Position numbers and translations under genes: made by a program. DNA of 64,000 nucleotides from an uncultured Candidatus Rokubacteria bacterium (GTDB lineage: Bacteria > Methylomirabilota > Methylomirabilia > Rokubacteriales > CSP1-6), in NCBI GenBank assembly GCA_963789955.1, contig CAWBMV010000012.1, positions 416,001-480,000 of the forward strand, read 5' to 3'. Every line of letters begins with the position of its first letter. The first letter of the stretch is position 1. Below, piece by piece: positions 20,315-29,557 of this stretch. The notes under the pieces are model-generated. The model was not told the origin of the DNA. It ran no database searches and worked only from the letters and a program-made list of their open reading frames with translations.

Positions 20315-21664
20315 TCAGCGCCGTCCGGTTTCCCAGGCGCCCAGGCGGATCGCACCGGCCAGGGTCGAGCCGAAGAGCACGAGCGCCAGCGCCATCACGG
20401 CAAAGAGCGCGGTGAGCTCACCGGGCAGCTGGTGGAGGATCAGCCAGCCGCCCGCCGCCGCGCTGACCAGACGCAGGCTGCCGGCGAGAAGCGGCCACAA
20501 GAGGCGCCCGGCGCCCTGCGATGCGAAGTACAGCGCGAGCCCGAGGCCGAAGAACCCGTACGCCGGGCCGACGACGCGCAGGTATGCGGATCCGGCCGCG
20601 AGCACGGCGGGCTCGTTGCTGAACAGTCCGAGCCACGCGTTGGGGAAGAAGGCGGCGGCGAGCCCGATCGCCTCGGTGGCGCCGGCCGCGATCAGGGCTC
20701 CGGTCCACGCCACGCGCCGGGCGCGCGCGCGCTGGCCCGCGCCGAAGTTGGTGCCGACCATCGTGACGAGCGCAGAGCCGAAGCCGAAGACGAACGGGAT
20801 CAGAAGGTACTCGAGGCGCACGCCCATGCCGTAGCCCGCGAGCGCGAACGTGCCGAATGGCCCGACGAGCGCGGTGAGGAGGACCACGGTCAGGTTCGTC
20901 ATGACGTTGTTGACCAGGCTCGGCCCGCCGACGCGCAGGATCTGGGCGAACAGCCCGCGCTCGAAGCGCAGAGTCGGCGACAGCCGAATGAGGCTTCGCC
21001 CCGAGACGAGATAGGCGAAGAGCACGAGGGTCCCGGCCACGTAGTACGCCACGACGGCGAGCGCGGCGCCCGTCACTCCCAGACGCGGAAACGGTCCCCA
21101 GCCGAAGATCAGCGCGGGCGAGAGGCTGACGAGAAACGGACTGCCGCCCAGGACGACGGCCGCCGGCAGCAGCATGTTGCCGGTGCCGCGCACGGCGCTC
21201 GCCAGGGTGTTGAAGAGCCAGACCGCGGCGGCGCCGGCGAAGATCACGTTCGAGTAGGCGAGCGCGGCGGCGAGGGCACCGTCGCGCGCGCCCATCGCGT
21301 AGTAGATCGCGTGTCCGGCGCCGAGCACGATCACCGTGAACGCCGCCGCCATGGCCAGCGCGATCACGATCGCGTGCGTCACCAGCCGGCTCGCGTCGGC
21401 GCCGCGGCCTGCCCCGAGCGCCCGCGCCACGGCCGAGGCGACACCGCCGCCCATACCGCCGGCCGACATCGTCTGCATCAGCATGACCAGGGGAAAGGTG
21501 ACCGAGACGCCGGCCAGCGCGTCGGCGCCGAGCCAGCCGACGTAGTAGGCCTCGAGGATACTGATCGCGACCTGGGCGACCAGCATGACCACGTTGGGGG
21601 CCGCCAGGCGCAGGAGCGTCGGGGCAATGGGCCCTTCGAGCAGCCGTCGAGTCGAGGGATCCAT
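20315..21664 (-). CDS. MATE family efflux transporter
   Basis: GPI..TLLRLAAP, LGADALAG, about 12 TM, GTNFGAGQ..RA. Confidence 0.92.
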   Translation of the reverse strand: MDPSTRRLLEGPIAPTLLRLAAPNVVMLVAQVAISILEAYYVGWLGADALAGVSVTFPLVMLMQTMSAGGMGGGVASAVARALGAGRGADASRLVTHAIVIALAMAAAFTVIVLGAGHAIYYAMGARDGALAAALAYSNVIFAGAAAVWLFNTLASAVRGTGNMLLPAAVVLGGSPFLVSLSPALIFGWGPFPRLGVTGAALAVVAYYVAGTLVLFAYLVSGRSLIRLSPTLRFERGLFAQILRVGGPSLVNNVMTNLTVVLLTALVGPFGTFALAGYGMGVRLEYLLIPFVFGFGSALVTMVGTNFGAGQRARARRVAWTGALIAAGATEAIGLAAAFFPNAWLGLFSNEPAVLAAGSAYLRVVGPAYGFFGLGLALYFASQGAGRLLWPLLAGSLRLVSAAAGGWLILHQLPGELTALFAVMALALVLFGSTLAGAIRLGAWETGRR

Positions 21665-21693
21665 AGTGACTAGCTATTCTATAGTGACTAGCT
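21663..21693. promoter_or_regulatory. Probable operator: two copies of ATAGTGACTAGCT
   Basis: Perfect 13-bp direct repeats at 21663-21675 and 21681-21693, each containing palindrome TAGTgACTA; lies between the divergent MATE and HxlR genes. Confidence 0.7.
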
Positions 21694-21726
21694 TTTCTGT
21701 CAAGACCCTGCGATACACTGAGAACC

Positions 21727-22182
21727 GTGCCCAAGCGTTATGGTCAGGCCTGTCCGGTCGCGAAGTCGCTCGAGCTGGTCGGCGACCGCTGGACGCTTCT
21801 GCTCGTGCGCGACATGCTGCGCGGCGCGCGGCGGTTCCAGGATTTCCAGCGGAGCCTGCCCGGGATTCCACCCAACATCCTCTCGGATCGGCTCAAGCTG
21901 ATGGATGAGCACGGGCTCGTGACACGCCGGTTCTACTCGGACCATCCGCCGCGGGCCGAGTACGTGCTGACCGACAAGGGGCGAGAGCTCGGGGTGGTGG
22001 TGGGGGCGCTGGCGGCGTGGGGCTCGCGGCACGTCCATCGGCAGACCGCGCTGGTGCACGCCGAGTGCGGCCATCCGGTGGAGATCAAGTACTTCTGCCC
22101 GCAGTGCGCCGGTCGGGTGCGCGGCGCGACCGTCGAGCTGCGGCGGCGATCCGCGGCCGCGAAGACGGCGAAGCGGTCCTAG
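21727..22182 (+). CDS. HxlR-family winged-helix regulator
   Basis: CPVAKSLELVGDRWTLL, LSDRLK, EY.LT.KG; C-terminal H..C...C..C. Confidence 0.9.
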   Translation: MPKRYGQACPVAKSLELVGDRWTLLLVRDMLRGARRFQDFQRSLPGIPPNILSDRLKLMDEHGLVTRRFYSDHPPRAEYVLTDKGRELGVVVGALAAWGSRHVHRQTALVHAECGHPVEIKYFCPQCAGRVRGATVELRRRSAAAKTAKRS

Positions 22183-23297
22183 GTCTGTCGGATGCGCTGG
22201 GGTAATGCGCCCAGCACGGCACGCGCTTCGCGGATGACGGTCGTCACGACCTCGCCGGCGCCCGGAAGGTCGCGAATCAGCCCCACGCTCTGTCCGGCCA
22301 TCATCGGATAGTAGTCGGCATCGCCCTGCTTGAGCGCCGCAACGAACACGTCGTCCGCGGCCGCGCGCTGGACGAGGGGCGGCAGCACGGGCGCGCCGGA
22401 CTCGGCGTACTCGCGGGTGAAGCGATTGGCGAGCGCGCGCGCCCAGAGCCCGCTCAGCGTGTCCGTGAGCGTCGTCGCGCCGCTCTCGCTCTCGAGCAGG
22501 CGCTTCTTGTAGAGCTCGGGGGCCATCGATTCGCGCGTGGCCACGAACCGCGTTCCCAGCAGGACGCCGCTCGCGCCGAGGGCGAGGGCGGCGACCAGCC
22601 CTCGACCGTCGGCGACTCCGCCCGCCGCCACGACGGGGACGTTCACGGCGTCGACCACCTGGGGCAGCAGCGCCATCGTCCCGATGGTCGTGGATTCGGA
22701 AGACGCGGGCTTGCCGTCGATCGAGCGGTGGCCGCCGGCTTCGCCGCCCTGAGCCACGATGACGTCGGCGCCGTCGGCGGCCGCGGCGCGTGCGTCCTCC
22801 ACGTTCGAGACCATCGCGAGCATCTTGATCCCGCGCCGGCGACACTGTTCGACGAGCGCCGGCTCGAGCCAGCCGAGCGCGGCCGAGAACACCGCCGGCC
22901 GCTCGTCGAGCACGACCTCGACCGCCGCATTGACGACGTCGGGGGCGCGCCCGGGCCGAGCCGTCGTCGCCGGAATGCCGAGGCGCTGGCGGAACTGGTT
23001 CAGCATTTCCTGCGCGCCCCGCAGGGTCTCGTCGCCGATCGCATCGGGATCGATCGGCGGCCTGAGCGCGCGGTGGAGCCACAGATTCACCCCGAACGGG
23101 CGGTCGGTCAGCTCCCGGACTCGACGGATCATCACGCGCAGCCGGTCCGGCGGCACGTTGAGCCCGGCGAGGATGCCGAGCCCGCCCGCGCGGCACACTT
23201 CGGCGACGAGCTCGGGGCCGGCGATGGCGCCCATGCCGGACTGGACGATCGGATAGTCGATGCCGATGAGATCGCACAGCGCCGTGCGAAAGATCAT
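22179..23297 (-). CDS. Nitronate monooxygenase family flavoprotein
   Basis: YPIVQSGM, GGLG, PFGVN, QGGEAGGH, AAGGVADGRG, GTRF, AGQSVG; SD GAGGAG. Confidence 0.9.
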   Translation of the reverse strand: MIFRTALCDLIGIDYPIVQSGMGAIAGPELVAEVCRAGGLGILAGLNVPPDRLRVMIRRVRELTDRPFGVNLWLHRALRPPIDPDAIGDETLRGAQEMLNQFRQRLGIPATTARPGRAPDVVNAAVEVVLDERPAVFSAALGWLEPALVEQCRRRGIKMLAMVSNVEDARAAAADGADVIVAQGGEAGGHRSIDGKPASSESTTIGTMALLPQVVDAVNVPVVAAGGVADGRGLVAALALGASGVLLGTRFVATRESMAPELYKKRLLESESGATTLTDTLSGLWARALANRFTREYAESGAPVLPPLVQRAAADDVFVAALKQGDADYYPMMAGQSVGLIRDLPGAGEVVTTVIREARAVLGALPQRIRQT

Positions 23298-23322
23298 CTC
23301 GCGCACTCCTCGTCCTCGAGCG

Positions 23323-24199
23323 CTACTGGAGCCGGTAGAGCTTCACCGCGTTCCCATGCGCGACGCGCGCGGCGACGTCCGGCTTGAGCTCGCCCAGGAC
23401 ACGACGGGTCCATATGAAGAGCCGATCGAGCATCTCGGGCTCGAAGAGCCGGGCGGCCCCGGCGTCCACGCCCATCATGAAGCGGTCCGGTGCCTTCTCG
23501 ATCAGCGCCTTCCAGCCCGGGTCGATCGGCCCGGTCTCGGAGGCCAAGCGCGGGCGTGCGCTGGAAGTGCATGCCGGAGAGATCGATGAACAGGTTCGGG
23601 TTGCGCAGCAGAAGCCTGTCGAGGCGGCCGGGTGGCCCTTCGCCGCCGTGCGCCAGAACGATCGTGCTCTTGCGGTGGGCGACGAGCGCGCGATCGAGCG
23701 CGGTTTCAGCCTGATCGGTCAGCTCGTAGTGGATCACGATCGGCACCGCGAACTTCGCGGCCGTGTCGAGGATCTTGCCGAACACGGCAGCGTTCGGGTC
23801 GCGGTCGATCAGGCGCCGGCCCACCTGGCGCATGTGGACTTCGCCGATCACGCGCGGCTTGCCACGGTCGAGCTGGAGCTCGAGCTGGCTCACCACGCTC
23901 TCGGAGGTCGGATCGGGCAGCGGCAGGCCGGCGATCACGCGCTCGGGATACTTCCGGCTTGCGGCCGTGAGCCAGGCCGTGTCGTCTTTCTGGAGACCGC
24001 CAGCACCGAGGAGCACGACCTTGAGGACGTTGTGGCGCTTCATCGCGGCGACGTAGGCGTCGATCGCCGTCGAGTTCGGCAGATGGGAATGCGCGTCGAT
24101 CAGGGGGCCGTTGTAGTCGGCCGCCCACACCGGTGCGCCGCAGACCAGCAGGCCGACCACGAGGCCCGCGAGGACGCCCCGCGCGAGACGTGGCCGCAT
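23323..24199 (-). CDS. Exported amidohydrolase family protein (frameshift near 23547)
   Basis: Signal peptide, IDAHSH, GEVH, IH.E, LAHGG, PDRF.MG.D, GNA..L. Confidence 0.8.
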
Positions 24200-25383
24200 C
24201 AGATGATTCCGTCCCGGGTCAGCGCGTCGAGCTCGGCCTCGTCGAGGCCGAGTGACTCGTAGACTTCGCGGTTGTGCGCTCCGAGCGCGGGGCCGGTCGA
24301 GCGGATCGCCGCCGGTGTGGCGCCCAGGCGAGGCGTGGGCGCCGTCATGCGCACGCTGCCCAGCTCAGGATCGGGAACGTCGACCAGGATTCCGCGCGCG
24401 ACCACGTGCGGATCCTTCGTGATGTCGGCGATGTCGTAGACCGGCGACGCGGTCAGATCGTGGGTCTCGAAGAGGCGCGTCATCTCGTCGAGCGTGCGTG
24501 ACCCGATCGCGCCGGCGAGGGCCGCGTCCACGAGGTCGTTGTGCGCGACGCGCGCGTCGTTGCTCGCGAACCGCGAGTCTTTCAGGAGATGGCCAAGCCC
24601 GAGCCCCTCGAAGAGCGCCGCCGCCGAGGCGGGGGTCGAGGCCGACAGCGCGACCCACTTGCCGTCGCGCGTTTGATAGGTCCCGCGCGGGCTCGCGTTG
24701 TCCGACTGGTTGCCGTGACGCGTCCTCACCGTCCGATCGAGCGCGTATTCAGCCGCGGCCGGGCCCAGGACGGACAGCAGGGGCTCGTAGAGCGAGATGT
24801 CGACCACCTGACCGCGTCCCGAGACGTGATCTCGGTGCCGCAACGCGGCCAGGACCGCGGCCGCGCCCGACAGCGCGGCGACCATGTCGGCCATCGGAAA
24901 GGAGGGAAGCGTCGGCGGCCGGTCCGCCGAGCCTGTCGCGGACGCGAATCCGCTCATCGCCTCGACCATCGTGCCGAAGCCGGGCCGGTCGCGATAGGGG
25001 CCGTCCTGGCCCCATCCGGACACGCGGGCGAAGACCAGCCGGGGATTCTCCGCGGAGAGGACACTCCAGCCGAGCCCCCATTTCTCGAAGGTCCCGGGGA
25101 CGTAGTTCTCGATCAGGATATCGGCGTCGCGGCAGAGCCGGCGCAAGAGCGCCTGCCCGCGCGTCTGAGTGAGGTTCAAGGTGACCGAGCGCTTGCCGCG
25201 CGCGTAGACCTTCCACCAGAGCTCGCCGCGATCGCGGAGCCAGGTCCGCAGCGGATCTCCCCCGCGCGGATTCTCGACCTTGATCACGTCGGCGCCGTGG
25301 TCGCCCAGAATGGTCGCGAGCACGCCCCCGGCGATCAGACGGGAGCAGTCGATGACGCGGAGACCAGCGAGCGCGCCGCTCAC
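24199..25383 (-). CDS. CaiB/BaiF class III CoA-transferase
   Basis: L.GLRVID, GADVIKVE, RGKRSV, EN.VPG, SGWGQDGPY, GAHN. Confidence 0.92.
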   Translation of the reverse strand: MSGALAGLRVIDCSRLIAGGVLATILGDHGADVIKVENPRGGDPLRTWLRDRGELWWKVYARGKRSVTLNLTQTRGQALLRRLCRDADILIENYVPGTFEKWGLGWSVLSAENPRLVFARVSGWGQDGPYRDRPGFGTMVEAMSGFASATGSADRPPTLPSFPMADMVAALSGAAAVLAALRHRDHVSGRGQVVDISLYEPLLSVLGPAAAEYALDRTVRTRHGNQSDNASPRGTYQTRDGKWVALSASTPASAAALFEGLGLGHLLKDSRFASNDARVAHNDLVDAALAGAIGSRTLDEMTRLFETHDLTASPVYDIADITKDPHVVARGILVDVPDPELGSVRMTAPTPRLGATPAAIRSTGPALGAHNREVYESLGLDEAELDALTRDGII

Positions 25384-25538
25384 TTCTGTGGCGACGTCTT
25401 GAAGTGGCGCGCCAGCGCTTCCATCATCCGGGCGAGCGCCTCGTTTTCGCTCTGTCCCGTGGCCTGAACATTCCAGGCCACGGCGACGGCGACCCACTCG
25501 CCGAGCTCGTTCCGGTGCACCTCGACCTCGAATTGCAT
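25380..25538 (-). CDS. Small HicB/UPF0150-like protein (52 aa), absent from the ORF track
   Basis: MQFEVEVHRNELGEWVAVAVAWNVQATGQSENEALARMMEALARHFKTSPQK; GTGA overlap with the CoA-transferase start. Confidence 0.65.
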   Translation of the reverse strand: MQFEVEVHRNELGEWVAVAVAWNVQATGQSENEALARMMEALARHFKTSPQK

Positions 25539-25581
25539 GCCCGCCACTTTACCTCAGAAGAAGGACCCGCCGAGGGCTTGT

Positions 25582-26004
25582 CTAGTGACTGCGGGGGAGG
25601 GTCGGATGGCCGGCGGCGGCATCGGCGATCGTGTGGTCGTTGTCCGCGGGGACGGCGCCGCTCACCCCCACCGCGCCGACGATCCGGCCGTCTTCGACGA
25701 GCGGCACGGCGCCCTTGCCGAAGACGAATCGATAGTCGCCGAGGGTCGCGACGTTGTCGGCGAAGAGCTGGCGTTTGGAGAATCGCTCCTCGAGATCGAG
25801 CGTGGTCGCGTGAAACGCCGCGGCGGCGTTGGCCTTGGCGCGCGCGATCTCCGGCGTGACCCAGAGGGCACCGTCCATCCGATCGCAGACGACCAGGTGA
25901 CCGGCGTCGTCCACGACGGCGATCGCCACCTTGAAGCCGAGCGCCTGCGCCTTGGCGAAGCCGCGCTCGACGCTTTCGCGCGCCCGCTCGCGAGTGAGCG
26001 CCAT
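25582..26004 (-). CDS. GlcG/HbpS family heme-binding protein
   Basis: IAVVDDAG, RMDGA, A.AKA, GAVPL...IVGAVGVSG, D. Confidence 0.88.
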   Translation of the reverse strand: MALTRERARESVERGFAKAQALGFKVAIAVVDDAGHLVVCDRMDGALWVTPEIARAKANAAAAFHATTLDLEERFSKRQLFADNVATLGDYRFVFGKGAVPLVEDGRIVGAVGVSGAVPADNDHTIADAAAGHPTLPRSH

Positions 26005-26005
26005 G

Positions 26006-26314
26006 TCAGGGCACCTCGACCCAGACCTCGCCGGCCTCGATCGTCACCGGATAGGTCACGATCGAACCGCCCCGCGACGGCATGAGACACGTCCCGGATT
26101 TCAGGTCGAACATCCAGCCGTGCCACGGGCAGGTCAACCGCGTGCCCGTGAGCCGGCCCTCGCCCAGCGGACCGCCCTGGTGGACGCACTCGTCGCTGCA
26201 CGCGAAGACGTCGTTGTTGACTCGCGACAGCACGACCCGCGCGCCCTCGGTCTCGACAACGGTCGGCTGACCCGCCGGGAGATCGTCCAGGCGGGCGACT
26301 CGGCGCCGGCTCAC
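26006..26314 (-). CDS. Rieske [2Fe-2S] ferredoxin
   Basis: CVHQGGPL and CPWHGW.FD; GTGA overlap with the upstream gene. Confidence 0.9.
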   Translation of the reverse strand: MSRRRVARLDDLPAGQPTVVETEGARVVLSRVNNDVFACSDECVHQGGPLGEGRLTGTRLTCPWHGWMFDLKSGTCLMPSRGGSIVTYPVTIEAGEVWVEVP

Positions 26315-26991
26315 AGCTCCTCCTTGGCCACGAAGGCGCGATGCAGGCCGGTCATGTACTGCCAGCGCATCTCCGTCGCCTGGCGCACCGCTTCGATCGC
26401 CTCGGCCTGCCGTTCCGGGGTCGTGCAGTGCCGCTCGACGATCTGATAGCCCCGCTCGCCGTGGACCTCGTCCGCCTCGATGTGGATCGCGAAGAACTCG
26501 ACCTCGTGGTCGGTGAAGCCGTAGTGCGTCTTGAGCGGCGGGAGGTTGCGCTGGTAGATGCCGGGCACCTGGGACTCGAGGCCGACGAGCAGGCCGGCCG
26601 CCGCGACGTGGAAGGTCTGGTGCGACATCTCGAAGCACCACGCGGTGAGCCCGCGCGTCGTCGGGAGCTGCTGCTTCGACTCGACCTCGGCCCGCGAGAC
26701 ACCGCACGCTTCCGCGAACCGAATCAGCAGATCGACGTGCTTGGTGCCCGACTCCTCCTCGATGATGTTCTCGAGGAGGAAGTCGCGCGCGTCCGGGTCC
26801 GGGCACTGCCCGTACACGGTGGCGCACCAGCGCGCGAACTGCGAGACGTACTGGTAGTGCTGGGCCGCCCACGCGCCGAGCTGGGCGCGGTTCAGCTCAC
26901 CCTTGACCCACTTTTCCGTGAACGGATTCAGGCGGCTGTGTCGAGCGATGACGGCGGCTTCGAGCCGCGCGCGGAACGGGCTCTTGCTCAT
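26311..26991 (-). CDS. Heme-oxygenase-like diiron oxidase (CADD/PqqC/TenA fold)
   Basis: W.KGEL, ENIIEEE...H, ESQ.P, FF..H...D..H metal ligand set; SD GAGGAGG. Confidence 0.85.
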   Translation of the reverse strand: MSKSPFRARLEAAVIARHSRLNPFTEKWVKGELNRAQLGAWAAQHYQYVSQFARWCATVYGQCPDPDARDFLLENIIEEESGTKHVDLLIRFAEACGVSRAEVESKQQLPTTRGLTAWCFEMSHQTFHVAAAGLLVGLESQVPGIYQRNLPPLKTHYGFTDHEVEFFAIHIEADEVHGERGYQIVERHCTTPERQAEAIEAVRQATEMRWQYMTGLHRAFVAKEEL

Positions 26992-27079
26992 GGAATCCTC
27001 CTCGTCGATGCGGAACCTAATGACATACGATCCCGACTCAAGTCAAGCAAAGGTCGAGGACCGCGACGAACGAGAGGAC

Positions 27080-28138
27080 TTAGAGCGCGGTGACGCGGTT
27101 ACGGCCGAGACGCTTGGCGTCGCCGAGCGCGCGGTGAGCGGCCGCGATCAGATCGTTGGCCGAGGCCGCGTCGGCCGGCAGGCCGGCGACGCCGAAGCTG
27201 GCGGTGACCGGGCCGTGAGCGAAGGGGTGCGCCGCGATGACCCCGCGGATGCGCTGGGAATAGGTGACGGCGCCCGCCTTGGGCGTGTTGGCGAGCAGCG
27301 CCGCGAATCCGTCGCCTTCGAGGCGCGCGATGATCGTGAAGCTCCGGGAGTGCTTGACGAGCAGCCGCGCGACCTCCCTCAGCACCTCGTCGCCCGCGGC
27401 GGAGCCGTGATCGTCGTTGAGCTGTTTGAAGTGGTCCACGTTCAGCACGACCAGCGAGAGCGGGTGGCCGAAACGCGTGTGACGCTTGACCTCTTCGTCG
27501 ATCCGCAGCGCGAAGTAGCGGTGGTTGTAGAGCTCGGTCGAGGCGTCCTTGAACGAGCGATCCTCGAGGCGCGCGTTGCGGATCGCGACGGCCGCCTGGG
27601 AGGCGAGAGCGCGGATCACTTTCTCGTCGTCGGGATCGAACGGCACGATCGCCCCCGATTCGTCCAGCGCGTTCAGGAGCTCGAGCACCCCGACGTTCCC
27701 GCCGGTCAGGTCTTGCAGCGGGACCGCGAGGACCGAGCGGGTCGAATACTCGCTGGCCGCATCGAACCGGCGGTTGAGCGCGCGCGTCTCGTGCACGCCG
27801 ATCGCGTACGCGTCGGCCACGTTCACGATCTCGCCCGTCTGGGCGACGTGGCCGGCGAGGCTCGGCTCGGTCAGCCGCAGGGGCTCGGACTGGAGCCGTT
27901 GCTGCATCGCGACCGTGCCGAGCTTCTGCTGGAGGAAGTCGTTCTGCACGATCGCGAAGCGGAGGTGATCGCCTTCCCGGAGGAACAAGGTGCCGCCTTC
28001 GGCCCGCGTGAACCGGCGTGCCGCGTCGAGAATTCGCTCGAGCAAGGCATACAGGTCGTGCTCCGTGGTGAGGGCGAGCCCGATGTCGAGGAGCTCCTCG
28101 ACGAGCTGGCCGCGATCGGTCATCGTCTGCGGACTCAC
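27080..28138 (-). CDS. GAF + degenerate GGDEF protein
   Basis: GAF domain (LAGHVA.TG, VPL, LELLN); signature is EGDGF and the first metal Asp is Asn (LNVDHFK). Confidence 0.88.
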   Translation of the reverse strand: MSPQTMTDRGQLVEELLDIGLALTTEHDLYALLERILDAARRFTRAEGGTLFLREGDHLRFAIVQNDFLQQKLGTVAMQQRLQSEPLRLTEPSLAGHVAQTGEIVNVADAYAIGVHETRALNRRFDAASEYSTRSVLAVPLQDLTGGNVGVLELLNALDESGAIVPFDPDDEKVIRALASQAAVAIRNARLEDRSFKDASTELYNHRYFALRIDEEVKRHTRFGHPLSLVVLNVDHFKQLNDDHGSAAGDEVLREVARLLVKHSRSFTIIARLEGDGFAALLANTPKAGAVTYSQRIRGVIAAHPFAHGPVTASFGVAGLPADAASANDLIAAAHRALGDAKRLGRNRVTAL

Positions 28139-29172
28139 TGAACGGCGACTCGATTCCGGCCGAGACGCTTGGCGTCGTAGAGAGCCTGATCGGCCGCGAC
28201 GATGAGATCGTCCACCGTCGTGGCGTCTTCCGGGAGGCTGGCGATGCCGAGGCTGACGGTGACCGGGCCGTGCGCGAAGGCGTGCTGCTCGACGACGGCG
28301 CGGATGCGCTCGGCGTACGTGAGGCCACCCGCCTTCGCGGTGTTGACGAGGATGATCGCGAACTCGTCACCGCCGTACCGGGTCACGATGCTGAAGCTCC
28401 GCGAGTGTTTCACGAGGAGCTGGGCGACGTCGCGCAGGGCTTGGTCGCCGGCCCGATGGCCGAATCGATCGTTGACCTCTTTGAAGTGGTCGAGATCCAT
28501 CAGGGCCAGCGAGAGCGGCTCGCCGAAGCGGCAGTGACGCTTGAACTCCTCCTCCATGCGGATCGTGAAGTAGCGGCGGTTGTACACGTCCGTCAGGGCG
28601 TCCTTGAAGGAGAGATCTTCGAGCCTGGCGTTGCGAAGCGCGACGGCGGCCTGCGACGCCAGCGAGCGCACGAGGCCCTCGTACTGCGAGTCGAAGGGCA
28701 CGACGCGGCCCCGGTCGAGCGCGTTGATCAGCTCGAGCACACCCAGGATGTTGTTCGCCGGATCCTGGAGCGGGACCACCAGGATCGACTGGGTGCGATA
28801 GTTCAGCCGGGTGTCGACTCGCGGATCGAACGAGTAGGGCCGATCGGGCGGGATCATGTACGTGTCGTGCAGGTTGAGGATGTCACCGGTGAGCGCGACG
28901 TGCCCCGCGAGGCTGAGCTCCCGGAGACTGAGCGGGTCGGCTTGGAGGCGGCGGCGCATCTCTTCTTGACCGAGCTCGCGCGCGAGCTTGTCGTTCTGGA
29001 CGACCGAGAAGCGAAGCTGGTCCCCTTCGCGCAGGAACAACGTCCCAGCCTCGGCGCGCGTGAACCGGCGGGCCTCGGTGAGGATGCGCTCGAGGAGGGT
29101 TCCCAGGTCCTGCTCGCTGGTCAGAGTGATCCCGATCTGGACGAGCTCTCTGAACGCCTGGGTCATGTTCAA
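28135..29172 (-). CDS. GAF + GGDEF diguanylate cyclase
   Basis: D.LT..YNRRYF, DLDHFK.VND.FGH..GD, RYGGDEF, ADQALY.AK..GRN. Confidence 0.93.
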   Translation of the reverse strand: MNMTQAFRELVQIGITLTSEQDLGTLLERILTEARRFTRAEAGTLFLREGDQLRFSVVQNDKLARELGQEEMRRRLQADPLSLRELSLAGHVALTGDILNLHDTYMIPPDRPYSFDPRVDTRLNYRTQSILVVPLQDPANNILGVLELINALDRGRVVPFDSQYEGLVRSLASQAAVALRNARLEDLSFKDALTDVYNRRYFTIRMEEEFKRHCRFGEPLSLALMDLDHFKEVNDRFGHRAGDQALRDVAQLLVKHSRSFSIVTRYGGDEFAIILVNTAKAGGLTYAERIRAVVEQHAFAHGPVTVSLGIASLPEDATTVDDLIVAADQALYDAKRLGRNRVAVQ

Positions 29173-29294
29173 CGTCGGTCACTCCGGTTGCTGCAGGGCT
29201 CTTCGCCCGCCACCGTGTCCGCCGTCCGCATCGGCCGCCTCCAGGAACTCCACCCTCGGGAAACCGCGAGCCACACTAGTACGATGTACAGCTA

Positions 29295-29310
29295 AGCAAT
29301 CGAGATGCCA
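29295..29310 (-). promoter_or_regulatory. sigma54 (-24/-12) promoter for the GAF-GGDEF operon
   Basis: Minus strand TGGCATCTCGATTGCT with canonical GG-N10-GC spacing, about 120 bp upstream of the start. Confidence 0.75.
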
Positions 29311-29428
29311 GTAAGGCCACGATTCCTCATATACGGAAATACGTTTTAAATCATAAACATCGGAAAAGTCTGAATTGACCCTTCGAACGCTCTTTGGCAA
29401 CTCCCTGACCAAGTAAATTCTCATCGTT

Positions 29429-29443
29429 GACAAATAATTTGTC
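29429..29443. promoter_or_regulatory. Palindrome GACAAA-TAA-TTTGTC, candidate enhancer (UAS)
   Basis: Perfect 6-bp arms in an AT-rich intergenic region, midway between two sigma54-like boxes. Confidence 0.5.
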
Positions 29444-29557
29444 GCCACCAGGCACGGCGGTGACAGGTCGGCGGTCAGAAGTGTCACGCTGGCTCGTCGG
29501 CGACTTCGACGTGGCTACAACGCCCCGTTTTCGTTGCAGTGAATGCTAGTTCTACGC

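Noticed and set aside
26311..26991. pqqC or CADD pABA synthase
   Set aside because: No pqq or fol gene context, and the positions matching CADD Tyr27 and Lys152 are Thr and Asn.
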